This document shows, piece by piece, positions 26,958 through 44,329 of a DNA stretch of 64,000 nt (positions are counted from its first letter, which is position 1; each line of letters starts with the position of its first letter). Source of the stretch: the human T2T-CHM13v2.0 reference genome, Homo sapiens. A model generated the notes under the pieces. The model saw only the letters and a program-made list of their open reading frames with translations, did not search any database and was not told where the DNA came from. A program made the translations under genes and the position numbers. The DNA lies in assembly GCF_009914755.1 (NCBI RefSeq), contig NC_060928.1; one strand, written 5' to 3'.

Positions 26958-28217
26958 AAAAGAAAATCCCACACCAAACCTTGTTAACAAGTAGGGGTTA
27001 TTAGCCATCTGCCTATATAATTAGAGCACATGAGGGGAACTGACTTCGGAAGAGATTCATGAGATCACTAAGATTAAATCACAAAATTTACAAAGCTCTT
27101 TGAGGCATCAGCCTTGGGTCCTTTCTTACACTCTTTAAAAGAATAAACATTAAATATTTAACGTATTCAAATCCTTCAAGCGAAGGATTCCAGGTAAATT
27201 CCTGAGAGGGATTGCCATGAGGGCAAATAAAATAGATGAGACCACAGAAGATAACTGTTTGAATTCACTTGTGAGTACTGTGTTTAAGGCTCTGCACATC
27301 TCTCTTTTGGAGTTCTTATTTTGGGAACAGATTTATTAATAAAAGCAGACATATCTATTTCTGTCTTCATTAAGGGAAGTGCCTAACCAACTAACCTGTT
27401 TAATAAAATATAAACAGAACTCATTCCCTGTTTCGGGTAATGATAATCAAATTATATCTTAATTATATACTGCACAAAGATATTTTGATGACATTTAAAA
27501 AATATATCTGCACAGCTAGTACCAGAACTAGAAGTACAGAAAACAAAGTCTTTCAAATCTGTTCTCACAAACCTCTGATAGACAGGAATCCAAAGTACAA
27601 AAGCAGCAGAGTACTCATAGTCTTCCACCAGAGGCATGGGGGGGGAAAAACGAAATTTTACTCTCTCATGGCTCAAGGTGAAACTGCTCAAATCTGAAGG
27701 TAACATGAAAAATGGTTGAGGGAAGGGTTAGCAAAGAAGAGTAGCCTGAGCATCATTTTCTCCTGAAGCCTTCTCTTTTTCACAATGACATCTCGTCCAG
27801 AATAAAACTGGCAAACCTAATAGCCACTGACACAAGCCACATTTGCTGAACAAATAATTTTTTTTAATTCTTTCCAATGTATTCTAAGACACCAGCCATT
27901 TTAAACAAAGAAGAATTCGCATAACTCTTTAAAATGTAATAGTCTAGTATGTATAGTCTAAATCTAAGTCTAAAACATATATTGCACCATTATACTTGTT
28001 TAACATTTCCTAGGAAGAGCACATGATATGCTCGGTGAAAGGAAATCTTTTACTGTTTTCAATAATAAATCCATACGCACATAAAAGGAAGCTACAGATG
28101 ATGAGCTTCACAATTCAGAGGAACGAGGAACAAGAAGAGGAAGGTATTCTATTTGCATATCTTTTATACTATTCACACAAGCATATCCAAACCTCACAAC
28201 AATATTCCAGAGAAAAA

Positions 28218-28222
<5 letters not shown>

Positions 28223-28264
<42 letters not shown>
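28223..28264. repeat. (AT)21 microsatellite
   Basis: Pure alternating AT run. Confidence 0.97.
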
Positions 28265-28266
<2 letters not shown>

Positions 28267-28411
28267 AAAGTAAGAACCAGAAAAATCAAATAGCTTGTAC
28301 ATGTTATGCAAATATACAAGCTCCGTATCCAAATTGCAAATTGAGATACCTAAGACAACTCACATCAAAAGCAGCCCCTTAATAAAATCTCACAACAGCT
28401 GTTTACTTTGG

Positions 28412-30945
28412 GTTTTGTTTTTATTATTTATTTATTTACTTTTTGAGACAGAGTCTCACTCTGTCACCCAGGCTGCAGTTCAGTGGCTCCATCATGACTC
28501 ACTGCAGCCTTAACCTCCCGGGCTCAAGAAATCCTTCTACCTCAGCTTTCCTGGGTAGCGGGGACTACAGGTGTGTGCCTCTCGGCTAATTTTTGTATGA
28601 TTTTTAGAGAAAGGGTTTCGCTATTGTATTAGTCTATTCTCACACTGCTATGAGGAAATACCTGAGACTGGGTAATTTATAAAGAAAAGAGGTTTAATTG
28701 ACTCAGTTCCACACGGCTGGAGAGGCTTTGGGAAACTTACAATTATGGCAGAAGGCACCTCTTCACAGGTCAACAGAAGAGAGAAACCAGTGTCAGTGAA
28801 GGGGGAAGCCCCTTATGAAACCATCAGATCTCCTGAGAACTAACTCACTATCACAAGAACAGGATAGGGGAAACCACCCCTGTGATTCGATTACCTCCAC
28901 CTGGTCCCTCCCATGACATGTGTGGATGATGGGAACTAAAATTCAAATTGACAGTTGGGTGGGGACACAGCCAAACCATATGATTCCACCCCTGGTCCCT
29001 CCCAAATCTCATCTCCTTACAATTCAAAACACAATCATGACCTTTCCAACAGTACCCCCAAATCTTAACTCATTACAGCATTAACTCAAAATTCTAAGTC
29101 CAAAGTCTCATCTGAGGCAAGACAAGTCACTTCCAGCCATGAGCCTGTAAAATCAAAAACAAGTTAGCTATTTCCTAGATACAATGGGGATACAGTCATT
29201 GGGTAAATACAGTTGTTCCAAGTGGGAGAAATAGGCCAAACAAAGGACCTACAGGCCCCATGCGAGCCTGAAATTTAATACGGCAATCATTAAATCTTAA
29301 AGTTCCAAAATGATCTCTTTTGATGCCATGTCTCACATCCAGGTCAAGCTGATGTAAGAGGTGGGCTCCCACAGCCTTGGGTAGCTCTGCCCCTCTGGCT
29401 TTGCCTAGTACAGCCCGGCTCCCAGCTGCTTTTGGGGCTGGTGTTGAGTGTCTGCAGCTTTTCCAGGCACACGTGGCAAGCTGTTGGTGGATCTACCATT
29501 CTGGGGTCTGGAGGACAGCGGCCCTCTTCTCACGGCTCCACTAGGAAGTGTAGTGGAGGCTCTGTGTGGGGGCTCTGACCCCACATTTCCCTTCTGCACT
29601 GCCCTAGCAGAGGTACTTCATGAGGGGGTTCTGCTCCTGCAACAAACTTCTGCCTGTACATCTAGGCGTTTTCATACTTCCTCTGAAATCTAGGTGGAAA
29701 GTTTAATTCTTGACTTCTGTGCAACTGCAGGCCCAATAACATGTGTAAGCTGCCAAGGCTTGGGGTTTGTATCCTCTGAAGAAATGGCCTGAGCTATATG
29801 CTGGCCCTTTTTAGCCACAACTGGAGCTGAAGCAGCCGGGATGCAGAGCACCAAGTCCCAGGACTGCATAGAGCCAGGGGCCCTGGGCCAGGCCCAGGAA
29901 ACCACTTTTCCCTCCTAGGTCTCTGAGTCTGTGATGGGAGGGGCTGCAATGAATGTCTTTGACATGGAGACATTTTCTCTATTGTCTTGGTTGTTAATAT
30001 TGGGCTCCTTGTTACTTATGCAAATTTCTGCAGCCAGCTTGAATTTCTCCCCAGAAAATGGGGTTTTCTTTTTTATGGCATAATCAGTTTCCAAATTTTC
30101 CAAACTTTTATGCTCCACTTCCTCTTGAACTATTTGCCGCTTAGAAATTTCTTCCAACAGATACCCTAAATCATCTCTCTCAACTTCAGAGTTCCACAGA
30201 TCTTTAGGGCAGGGCAAAATGCCGACAGTCTCTTTGCAGAGCAAAACTTACCTTTATTCCAGTTTCCAACAAGTTCCTCATCTCCATCTGAGACATCCTC
30301 AGCCTGGACTTTATTGTCCATATCACTATCAGCATTTTGGTCAAAGCCATTCAACAAGTCTCTAGGAAGTTCCAAACTTTTCCACATTTTCCTATCTTCT
30401 TCTGAGCCCTCCAAACTGTTCCAACCTTTGCCTATTACCCAGTTCCAAAGTCGCTTCCACATTTTTGGGTATCTTTACAGCAGTGCCTCACTCACAGTAC
30501 CAATTTACCTTATTAGTCCGTTCTCACGCTGCTATGAAGAAATACCCAAGACTGGATAACTTACTAAGAAAAGTTTAATTGACTCACAGTTTTGCATGGC
30601 TGGGGAGTCTTCAGGAAACTTACAATCATGGAGGAAGTCACCTCTTCACAGAGTGGCAGGAGAGAGAAATTAGTGCCCAGTGAAGAGGGAGGCCCTTTTA
30701 AAACTCACTATCACAAGAACAGGATGGAGGAAACTGCCCCTGTGATTTAATTATCTACACCTGGTCCCTCCCATGACATGTAGGGATTATGGGAACCACA
30801 ATTCAAGATGAGATTTGGGTGGGGACACAGCCATACCATATAAGCCATGTTGCCCAGGCTGGTCTCGAACTCCTGGCCTCAAGTGATCTGCTCACCTCAG
30901 CCCCACAAAGTACTGATATTACAGACATGAACCACCATGCCCAGC
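28412..30945 (-). mobile_element. AluJ split by a THE1 provirus (pieces 28412-28624 and 30844-30945)
   Basis: Antisense Alu stops at GGGTTTCGCTAT and resumes at GCCATGTTGCCCAGGCTGG. Confidence 0.92.
28625..30843 (-). mobile_element. Two-LTR THE1 (THE1D-like) MaLR provirus
   Basis: LTRs at ~28625-28983 and ~30509-30843 around a ~1.5-kb THE1-int. The minus-strand ORF fragments (e.g. WNSLEGSEEDRKMWKSLELPRDLLNGF) are THE1-int-like. TSD GCTAT/GCCAT. Confidence 0.93.
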
Positions 30946-31549
30946 TTGGTTTTATTTTTAAAGCTAAAATTTATTTTTATTAAATTAATGCACATACATT
31001 GTTAAAAATTAAATCATCCAAAAAGACTCATGATTAAAATGATTAGTTATTTTCTTCTCTTCCCCACTCTAAGTTTCGCTTTGCTGCTAAGAATGTACAT
31101 TTTTATTGTCATTGGTTTAAGTTTTTCCTGTGATTCATGAATTTGACCTTATTCATTACCTTTCTACAGAGCTATATGAGGAGGTAACTTTACAACAATG
31201 TCCATTACCTCTCACCCTCCACTTTTCCCAAAATGTTAATATTATTAATTCCTCTATTTATAGTTTATAACCTAAATAATCTAACTTTATTACTTATCTT
31301 AAATAATATAAATAATTGTTCCTATACCCCAAGGCTATTTTTTCCTCTACCTTTCCCCTGACTTAACTTTTCCTATCTTCTAGATTTTAATTTTGGTCAT
31401 CTTTACTTTTCATATTTTATATTTATATTTTGACCTCAAGTATTTTCTGTCTAATTCTAGAGTCACAAACTATGAGCTGAAAACTGTCTAGGGCTCAAAA
31501 AAGTAGTGTGAGCTAAAGAAATAAATTCAAAATGTATAAGATGTTTAAA

Positions 31550-32050
31550 TCTATTGAAATAAATATACATTACCTAGAAGGAATGTGTATAGCAAAAAGG
31601 CAGAAGAAGAGAACTTTGAGCTTCATGAATAGTTAGGGTTTGGGTAGAGGAGGAACCCAATAAGGGAGAATGAAAAAGATATTGAAGACAAAGAATGAAA
31701 GCCAGAAGAGTGTGATGAAAATTAAGAGGAGTTAGTGTTCTTGATAAAGAGGAAATAGCATATTACATCACTTCTGCAGAGAAGTTGGATACGAAAAGGA
31801 TAAAAATTCAGTGTGATAATGTTGATGACTATGACAAGTGGTGTGATGGGCGAGGAAGCAACATTACAATGGCTTAATGAATAATTTGGCAATGAGGGAG
31901 CAATGATATCTTCTGTAGAAAATGCCTTCCAAAAAAATTGGATGTGAATGGGAGCAGAGAAATGCAGCAGTAGCTGGAGGGGTGTGGAGTCAAGAAAGTA
32001 ATTTTTAAGCCAGTGTACCAATGTGTCAGTAGAGAAAACCCAGTGGTGCC
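31550..32050 (-). mobile_element. L2 fragment
   Basis: Purine-rich L2-like antisense sequence (GGGAGCAGAGAAATGCAGCAGTAGCTGGAGGGG...). Boundaries approximate. Confidence 0.55.
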
Positions 32051-32384
32051 CCGCAAGCTGAACAGATTCTATAAGATAGTGTTGGCCAAGTACATACTGA
32101 ACAAACATACTGTGGCCAGAGTGGGGCAATAAGATAAATCCATGGGCTGAGGACATCATTTTGGGCTTCAGGTTTCCAGGCTTAGAAAATGATTCTCTGA
32201 TCCTTATATAACTTTGAGTCATATACTTGGGTGCTGTTAAGTATTACGTGAGTCATTATGGGCTTTGAGAGACTAGAGAACTATAGGTAGGGCCTTTATT
32301 TACTCTAATATTTCTGCTACTGATATTTACTGGTGTACAATTTTTAACTATTATTATTAAACTTTTTGCCTGATATTTTTATTT

Positions 32385-32515
32385 GTAGAATCTCACCATG
32401 TTACTGAAACTGTGCTGAGGACTTTAAAAATATTAACTCATTTAATTCTCATTACAACACTATTAAGTGGGTACTATTATGTTTATTTTATGAATTGAGG
32501 CACAGAAAATTCTGT
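32385..32515 (-). mobile_element. MIR fragment
   Basis: ACTGTGCTGAGG...AACTCATTTAATTCTCA...GGTACTATTAT...ATTGAGGCACAGA. Confidence 0.7.
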
Positions 32516-33045
32516 TACCAAAGCAGTCTATTTTAAGAGTTCATGATGTCAAACCCTGCATTCAATTATTCCTCTTTTATAAAAGTGCTTATTTGCAAAT
32601 GAGAGTTGATATGTGGTCAGGTGGAAAACATTTCACCCGACCTCTGGATGGGTGATTGAAGCCAAGTGAAGAAGATTCCTTTGTTAGTTAACTTGGGCCT
32701 TCTGTTCTGGTATCTCTGACATAGTCTATGAACTAGCAGCATTGGCAGTGTGCCTACCATATCAGTTTTCTTTAAACCTACACTAGATGAAGTGACCTAG
32801 TATAAAAGCTCATTTTTATCATTAATAGGTATGATGAACAAAGAACTAATTACCGGTTTGCTTTTTTTCATTTGAGAGGGACAGAGTTTCTAACTGAAAC
32901 TCTAACTTCTTTGCACAGACTTCCTCTGAAATCTGAAAAGGAGCATCTGGAAGAATTGCTGTAGTAACATGACTGGAGCTGCCATCTCTAAAATCATCAA
33001 CTCAACATTCCCACTATGGCTGGTTGTCTCTTGTCCTCACTGCTA

Positions 33046-33453
<408 letters not shown>

Positions 33454-34114
33454 TTACCTGTCCATCCTAAATCTTTACCTATTTCATGACCCTCTTGTAG
33501 CACCCTCAATTTTTTTACATTTATGTTTCTAGTTCAAATTCCCAAAACATGATCACTTAAATAAATCCAAATGTTGAATTCTCTCCCTCTCCACTCAGAC
33601 ATCTGAAGACCCAGCTGTGTAAAATATGACAATTATATGGACTGATGGTACCGCAAGCCTTGGACATCACACATGAATCCTTTTAGATAACTCAGACCAG
33701 TTCCCTGTCTCCTTATCTCCTCTCATTAAGACATAAGCTAGACTGTGCCTGACTCAATTTCAGCCTCATAATACAAAGGGGAGTGAGGTACTTCATCTGT
33801 AAGTCCATCTGCTTCCTATTGCCTCACCTTGATCCCCAGGTCAGGAAAGGGGGGACTGCTCCTCTTTGCAAGGTACTTCTTTCATACATGCTTTACATGC
33901 TTCTTTCCCTGCTTCCTCCAGGCTCTTGCTCCAACCATTATTCAATTTTTCTGTATTGGCGAAATTTCCCATTCCATTAGCTCCTTCCCATAAGTGTAGC
34001 CAAAATATGCCACATAAGAGACACAAAGAAAATAAATGGAAACTCTTCTACATATCTGTGTTTTTTCTCCTCTGTTACCTTTATTCTACACAGCATATCC
34101 ACTTTTCCCAAAAT

Positions 34115-34280
34115 ATTAATACTTGCTAAAACTTTAGAATATACACTGCATGTCATAACTTTACATATGTTAACTCACTTAATTCCTATAACAACCCTAT
34201 GAGATAGGCATTTGTATTATCTTCATTTTAGACATGAAAAACTGAGTCACAGCAAGTTTAAGTAAATTGTTCAACATCAC
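34115..34280 (-). mobile_element. MIR
   Basis: AACTCACTTAATTCCTATAACAACCCTATGAGATAGG...CATTTTAGACATGAAAAACTGAGTCACAG. Confidence 0.8.
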
Positions 34281-37162
34281 TTAGAATCACTTCTTCCCAT
34301 CCCATTGTCTCTTTGACCTGTTAATTAATTTTTCAGGAATCATCATGGGTGATTACCTGCTTACTTGTATTGCTGCCAGATTTTAAAATTTTAAACTGAC
34401 CACTTCTTTCAGGATGTTTTAAAATATCTTTTTTAATTTCTACTTTAAAAATTATTTGAACTCTATTTTTATATTTTCTATTTCCATCACAATCCCAACT
34501 TGTACTCATTTCTCAGTGATTTAAATGATTAAAAAAAGCAAACTGTAATTGAAGTCAAAGTATATTAAATCTGAATGTATTTTCAGTCAGAGTGTATTGA
34601 AGTATAAAAAATACATATATTTTATCTTTGTTACCAAAAAATTATTTTTAAATATTCAAAATTAACTATTAAAAAGAAGTAGGAATAAAAAAATACTTAC
34701 CATAAAATTTTTAATTTAAAAAATTGTTAAATCTTATTAAACATTTTTATAAAAATATAATTCATCTCAATTTTGCACTTAATGTCTATTTACCAAAGTA
34801 AAGCATCACTATCATGCTTCATGAAGCTTACATTGAAACCTAAGTAAATACAAATTTAAGAAAAACATGAACCATTTAATGTAAAACAGATCAAGCTCTG
34901 CCACATATTGAGAATGCCTGTTTTTTGTGAGTACCTTAGAAATGCAAATTGGAATATAAAAAGTAACAAAAAATAGATGCTCCACACTACCAGGTAATGG
35001 TACTATATTTTGCAGGAATCTTTAGTATTTGTGCCATTTGAGAAGAAGCATTTGGCAGATCAACTCATCTATCTTTTCTCTTACCAATCCCTTTCTGTGC
35101 TCTGATCCTGCTCTCACTCTGATGCACTGCTTTTATCTCCAATGTCACAGTGGCATAGCCCACAACCTTCACAGCAATTGGACACAGTTGCCTTTTGCAA
35201 GAGATGAAGAAAAATATTACCCTGGGTGAGTATATTATTAGTCAGGAGAATAGATGTTTAAGATTACAGGAGTACAAGTGTTGAGTGCTATATTCTATCT
35301 TATAGGAAAACCTATATGTCTTTAAAACGGGTACATACGTGTGTCTAAGATATTCAAAATCTTTTAAAGTACAAGGCTCATATTCAAATTCTTCTAAAGT
35401 ACCAAGGGCCGCTCTTGTCAGGATCCAAGGGAGTTTTGCTCAAGATGGAAACTAAGTTTAATTGTGGAAACACAAAAAAAGATAAATTATTGAATTTCAT
35501 AGTTTGAAAATATATATCCAGTATACACTACAGTAAATTACACATACTTTACAAACCTTTATTGATAGTCTGTTTTCTTTCCAAATTAGAAGCTTACTTA
35601 AAAAACTGGAATTAGGTCTCAATTAATTACTGTGGTCCCAATGAAGAGCCTATCTTCTGGCACATATCAGCAAATATTGCTGTAGATAATCCATTGTTCC
35701 TAAGGAGAATAGGCTGGGATCAAGTACATACAGGAAATGAGCATGCTGAGGGCAAAAATATGTAAAAGGGATTTAAATGAGAGTATCATGAATGGTAAGT
35801 AGAAACAAATACCAAATTTAAAGATTATTACAAATGTAATATACGTATTTTCCTCCTCTTTTCTCATTTTTCTTCTTTGAATGAACAATTCCCAATAGTA
35901 AATAAAGAAAACCAAGAGCTCTTTAACCACTATATTTTCCAATAGCTATTACTTGTATAGAGTTTCCTTGATATACAAGGAAAAATGTTGCTATTAAACT
36001 AAATTTTAAGTAAAAGCACATTATGGTAGAAATAAGGCCCTCCAGAGAATAATTTTATGAGACTATTATTGCACGGTAGCTTGGGCAGTTGAACTCACGT
36101 GAAACAAATGGCTCTATAAAACAAGTCCCAAAGTGGCCTATTGCTTAATTAAATTCATGTACAAAACGTCCCTCTGCCTTGACATGTGTACATACATATA
36201 TTAAATACATTTTAAAATTCAGTCTGAAAAAATATGACCTCATAAAGATGCAAAAGTCTAGACTCCACTTCAAAGCCAAAGAACTTCTTGAAGCAATATT
36301 TTATGTAGAATTGTGACTTTTAAATAATTGCTTTTTCCCCTTAACCTAGTGAAACCAGTCAGTTTGATGTATATAATATGTTTAAGCTTTCTGCCTAGAA
36401 GGGTATGCCATAGTCTCTATGAAATGTTTGCAAGGAATGCAAGTACTGCTAATTCTTTCTTCTCTTATTTCATCAAAATGGAAGCATTTCTAGAGAAGCC
36501 TGGGCATGCATAGGAAGAAACACATTTGCAAGCTCTATAGCCCAATCCTTCAAATGAAACGTGTCTACTTAGAAGAATGTTAATTTAATGAATGCAAATA
36601 AATTAAGACATGTTTTTTCCCTTGAATATAAAATTGTTTTACCACAATGTATTACTCTACTCTTCTGTTTCATGAACCACCTACATGTGGGTAACAGCCC
36701 TCCAGGAACAGAATGCAGTCCAGTCTGTTCAATAACCTAAAAACATCTTAAAGCCATCTGCTATTAAACATGTTCAGGGAAGATGGAAGCAAAGGGGTAA
36801 AAAGAAAACACAATATTCAAAATGTTACTAATTGATTATAAGATTTTATTTCTGCAAATGTTCAGTTTCAAAATTTCATACTAAAGAATCTAAAATTAAT
36901 AATTATAGCCTGTCTATTTTCACCTATTCTTTTGGGAAACTCTTTAATAGTGCTTATTCAACTAACATCCCAAAGAGAAATGGGAAACAGTGTGTAAAAT
37001 CTAGATACATACAGATGATTCTCAAATACAGAAAGTAAATGAGGCCAGTTCTAAATATGTAGGTTACATATTTTTGGGACTTATAAAGAGAAAAATGAGA
37101 AAGGTCGTATGGTGGTCTGAATAATTTTTGCAACTAGACACTGAACATGTCCTACATAAACA

Positions 37163-37640
37163 TGTATGGGAGAAAAAGTAATATATTTTTCTCACCCACT
37201 GAAATGATCATAGCTGATATCCCTATAACAAAAGACAAACTAACAAGAGAAAAGCAATAATAAATATATTTAACTGTATTTTTATGTGACATGGGATCCC
37301 TCAGAAATGAAGACCCAAAGATGCATAAAATACTGTGTATTTTCATGCAGACATTTGATGAAGAATGAACAATCATGTAGAACTGTAACTGGACAAAAAG
37401 GGGAGATGATTAGTAATAACTTAAGGGGAACTTAGCAGGGCCTGTTTCTTCAGATTCTTCTTGGCTTCCAGATATAGGGTGGGACTCCTCTAGAATGAGG
37501 ACCTTATGACTTACTTTCAGAATTGCTTGATGACCATGCTTCAGTGAAGAAAGGTAGGAGAAGGTCAGTGACTTTGCTTCTGCTGTTTATTCAATTGCCT
37601 CAGTTCCATATTTTGGGGAAACATGTTCTGAGCTCCGGCT
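37163..37640 (-). mobile_element. ERV1-class solo LTR (MER31/MER67-group-like)
   Basis: AACAAAAGACAAACTAACAAGAGAAAAGC...GAAATGAAGACCCAAAG...GAGAAGGTCAG...CCATATTTTGGGG. Family assigned from memory. Confidence 0.55.
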
Positions 37641-37885
37641 AACTATTATTTATTATATACTCACTGAGTACCAGGCACTATATCAAGCATTTTACACTCA
37701 TTATCTCATTTAACTCTCATGGCACCTCTATGGATGCATTCTTAGTTTAAAAATGAACTGAGACACTGAGACATTATGCAAATTATTTCAAATGACACAA
37801 TTAGTTAGTAAATGGCAGCATGAAATTCAGCTCATTTTTCTCTGACATAAAAGCCTATTTTTTGGCCCCTACATCCTTGCTGCCA
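37640..37885 (-). mobile_element. MIR
   Basis: CCAGGCACTATATCAAGCATTTTACACTCATTATCTCATTTAACTCTCA...AACTGAGAC...TAGTTAGTAAATGGCAG. Confidence 0.8.
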
Positions 37886-38892
37886 ACTTTGACAACAAAT
37901 CATGTCTTTTGACCTGGGGAGAATCTTTGTAGTACACGTCTTAGAATCTCACAGAGATAACTCTAAATTTAGGCCACTGACAAGAACAACAACAGGTTAG
38001 AGTCACAGCCTGAACATTCACCTCACCAAAGGCAGACTGCACAATCTGACCAGTGTCTAACCCTGCATTTGAAAAAAAAAATTATGTTAAAAAAAGACGT
38101 TTACACCTGGCAACACAGTGTCTGCCTCAGTCATTTATATTCACAGATCATTGGATCCTTTAAAGGAATTTGTTTTACCACCATTCTGTAATATTGAGAT
38201 TTAGAGTGTTTTCACTATTTTTAAATTAACACCTCTTCTGCCATGTAGCACTTTTGAATTCTATCTCTTTACTTTCTTTCAAAGAAACTTACTTTAAGGT
38301 CCACATATATTCAACAAATACTTATCAAAAGCCTACAAAATACAAAGCATTATATACAATTGCAGATATTCTTGAATTCAAAGAGAACTTACTGTCAAGC
38401 AAAAAAAGTAAAACAAATGGCCAAAGCTATAATGCTAAACAGCCCAAGAGAAGTGCTATTTGAATGACAGAAACTAAATACCTAAGAGAATTTCAGAGTT
38501 TTAATTTGGCTTTGGAATGATCAAGTGACCTTATAAACACTAGAGTGCAGCCAAGGTCAAGGTTCCTTAGATGAGGAGAGCTCTTTGTTTCGAAGGTCCT
38601 AGAATGGAAATTTCTTGGTATTGCAGAAATACTAGGATTTGTTTACTCTTAAATTGCTTTGACTCAGTTACATTGCAAAGTTACTGTGGTCCTTTGCTAA
38701 AAGACCAAATACTCACTCAACGTTAAGAGAACATATCTTTCTTAACATGAGGGTTTTGTGAATTAAATGCTATGAAGAATATTTAAGAGAATCCAGAAAG
38801 AAAAAGTTAACTTTACAGATGAGATGCTGAAGCCCAGATAAGTGAAGTGAGTTATGGGCAGAGAGGACGTCGGCGCCTTGTTTTCTAATTTC

Positions 38893-42346
<3,454 letters not shown>

Positions 42347-44329
42347 TAATTTCTTAATCTAAGTGTTAGTTCCAACACACTATCTTAGTTATTTAGTGGT
42401 TCAAATTTATTTAGTCAGTGAAATGCTGTCTATAGGTGTTTTTGCTTTGATCACATTTGATGATTTGTTAACTTGTTTTACAAGTTATATGTCTATTTCT
42501 GGGATAAAAACATAAATACAGTGTCCTGAAAGTAAGCAAAGGGATAAAGAAGCTTGGCATAAAACACCAAATAATTGCTTTTGTCTCATATTTTATGAAA
42601 CATACAAATCTGTCTTTCATTCAAGAGTCGATGTCCTATTATTTTTAGGTTTTGACAACTGAATGCCATAGAATAGTTAGGACTTAATCTGACTGTATTG
42701 TTAATTATAATTTGGAGATCTTCGTTTGCACACCTTGCCCATGAAACACTCCCGAAGTTCACATGTCATTTGCACATGAAAATCATCTCAAGTCCACTAG
42801 ATCAGGTGTAAGTATTCTTCAAACCTGCTCTTCATAAAAATACAGCCTATGTTAATCTCTCTTATGGCACCCTATGTCATACTATTATTCATGACACTTA
42901 ATGCGTGACAATATCATAATTTGAAATTATATATACATATGTGTGTATGCATATGTATATTTGTTCATTAGTTTAACATCTGTCATATGATACACTGTAA
43001 GCTCTGTGGAGAAAAACAATTAGTCAGCTTTGTGTCAATTTTATTTTCATTCTGGCACCTAGTGGTTATTCAGTAAATATCTTTTGAATGAACAAATGAT
43101 TACTGATTGGGTGCTCTTCTGAAAATGGAAATTGATGAATATTCTTACATTTTGGCTAGGTACAATTAATAACAAAAAAGGAGTACCATTGCAATACACA
43201 CCACGAAGATTTTTTAAGTCTATTATTATTCATTTGGTTTAGGTCCAAGCGATACAACACAACAGTTTTAGGTTCAAGTGATAAAACACCACTCAAACTC
43301 ATTTAAACAAATGTCTTACAGGGAAGTCTGAATTTACACATAAAATAACACAGAATATAGTTAAATGCCAAAATACTTGTTACATATAATAAGAGATATA
43401 CAATCCTAAGGAGGAGAGAAAAATGTCTATCCAAAATGTTAGTGGAGCATGTAGAGTAAAAAAACTCAAAATGGGTTTTGAAGATTAAACAGAAATAAGA
43501 ATAAAAATGTGGAGAGGATCTTCTTATTAGAGATTACAGTAAGAGCATGGCCATTGTGGGAAGTGTAAAGAGATAAGACTATTTTGAATAGAATGGGAAC
43601 TTAATTATGACAAGAATCTTGAGATCAAAAATCAAGAAGGAGGAATGAGAAAAAGAAGGGTCATCAAGGTGTTAAAGTTTCAAAAAGTTGTCTACAAATG
43701 TCTGAGAAGATTAATTTTATGAGATTCCATTATAAAGTAAAAACATACTTAACTTCATACTAAGGTTAGAAACTATTTATGGTTTCCTATTTTCTTAATC
43801 TTTTAAAAATTCTACTAAAACACGACTCTGAAAAATGTTAATTTTAACAACATTTTAAACTGCAGTAGTACATGTTTCTCTATGTGGATCCAATATGATG
43901 ATCATAGAAATTTAAAAAAAAAAAACAACCTTTGACTACTGAGGCAGGATTAGAAAAACCATTGTAGAAAGGTCTAAAAGACTTAAGGGAATCAATGCAA
44001 TTAAGAAGAAAGGTTGATATTAAGCTTACAAAGCATATGAATCATTCTTTTGCTTCCTAAGGTGACTCCCCAAGTCATCTGATATTTTATCCTTATTTTC
44101 TCTTTACCTTCAGGGAGAAAAATAAAGCTGGAGTTTGAGCTTCCCACTCACCACCAAAAAATTGTCAGCATTTTCCATTAACTATGTGCCATGAATGCCT
44201 CCCTCTCTGCTAGACTTTTCCTCCAGGAATTTTAAGGTATTCAACTCTCTGATTTTATTTATAAAACAAAACAAAGTTAAATCTTCTCTAAGTCATCCTC
44301 TGCCTGCTGTCTAGTTCCTCTCCTTTCCT

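Noticed and set aside
29405-30559. Cluster of 60-110-aa ORFs
   Set aside because: They are broken THE1-internal reading frames and their antisense shadows.
31722-32222. 166-aa ORF on the minus strand
   Set aside because: It overlaps a degraded L2 fragment and resembles no host protein I recognise.
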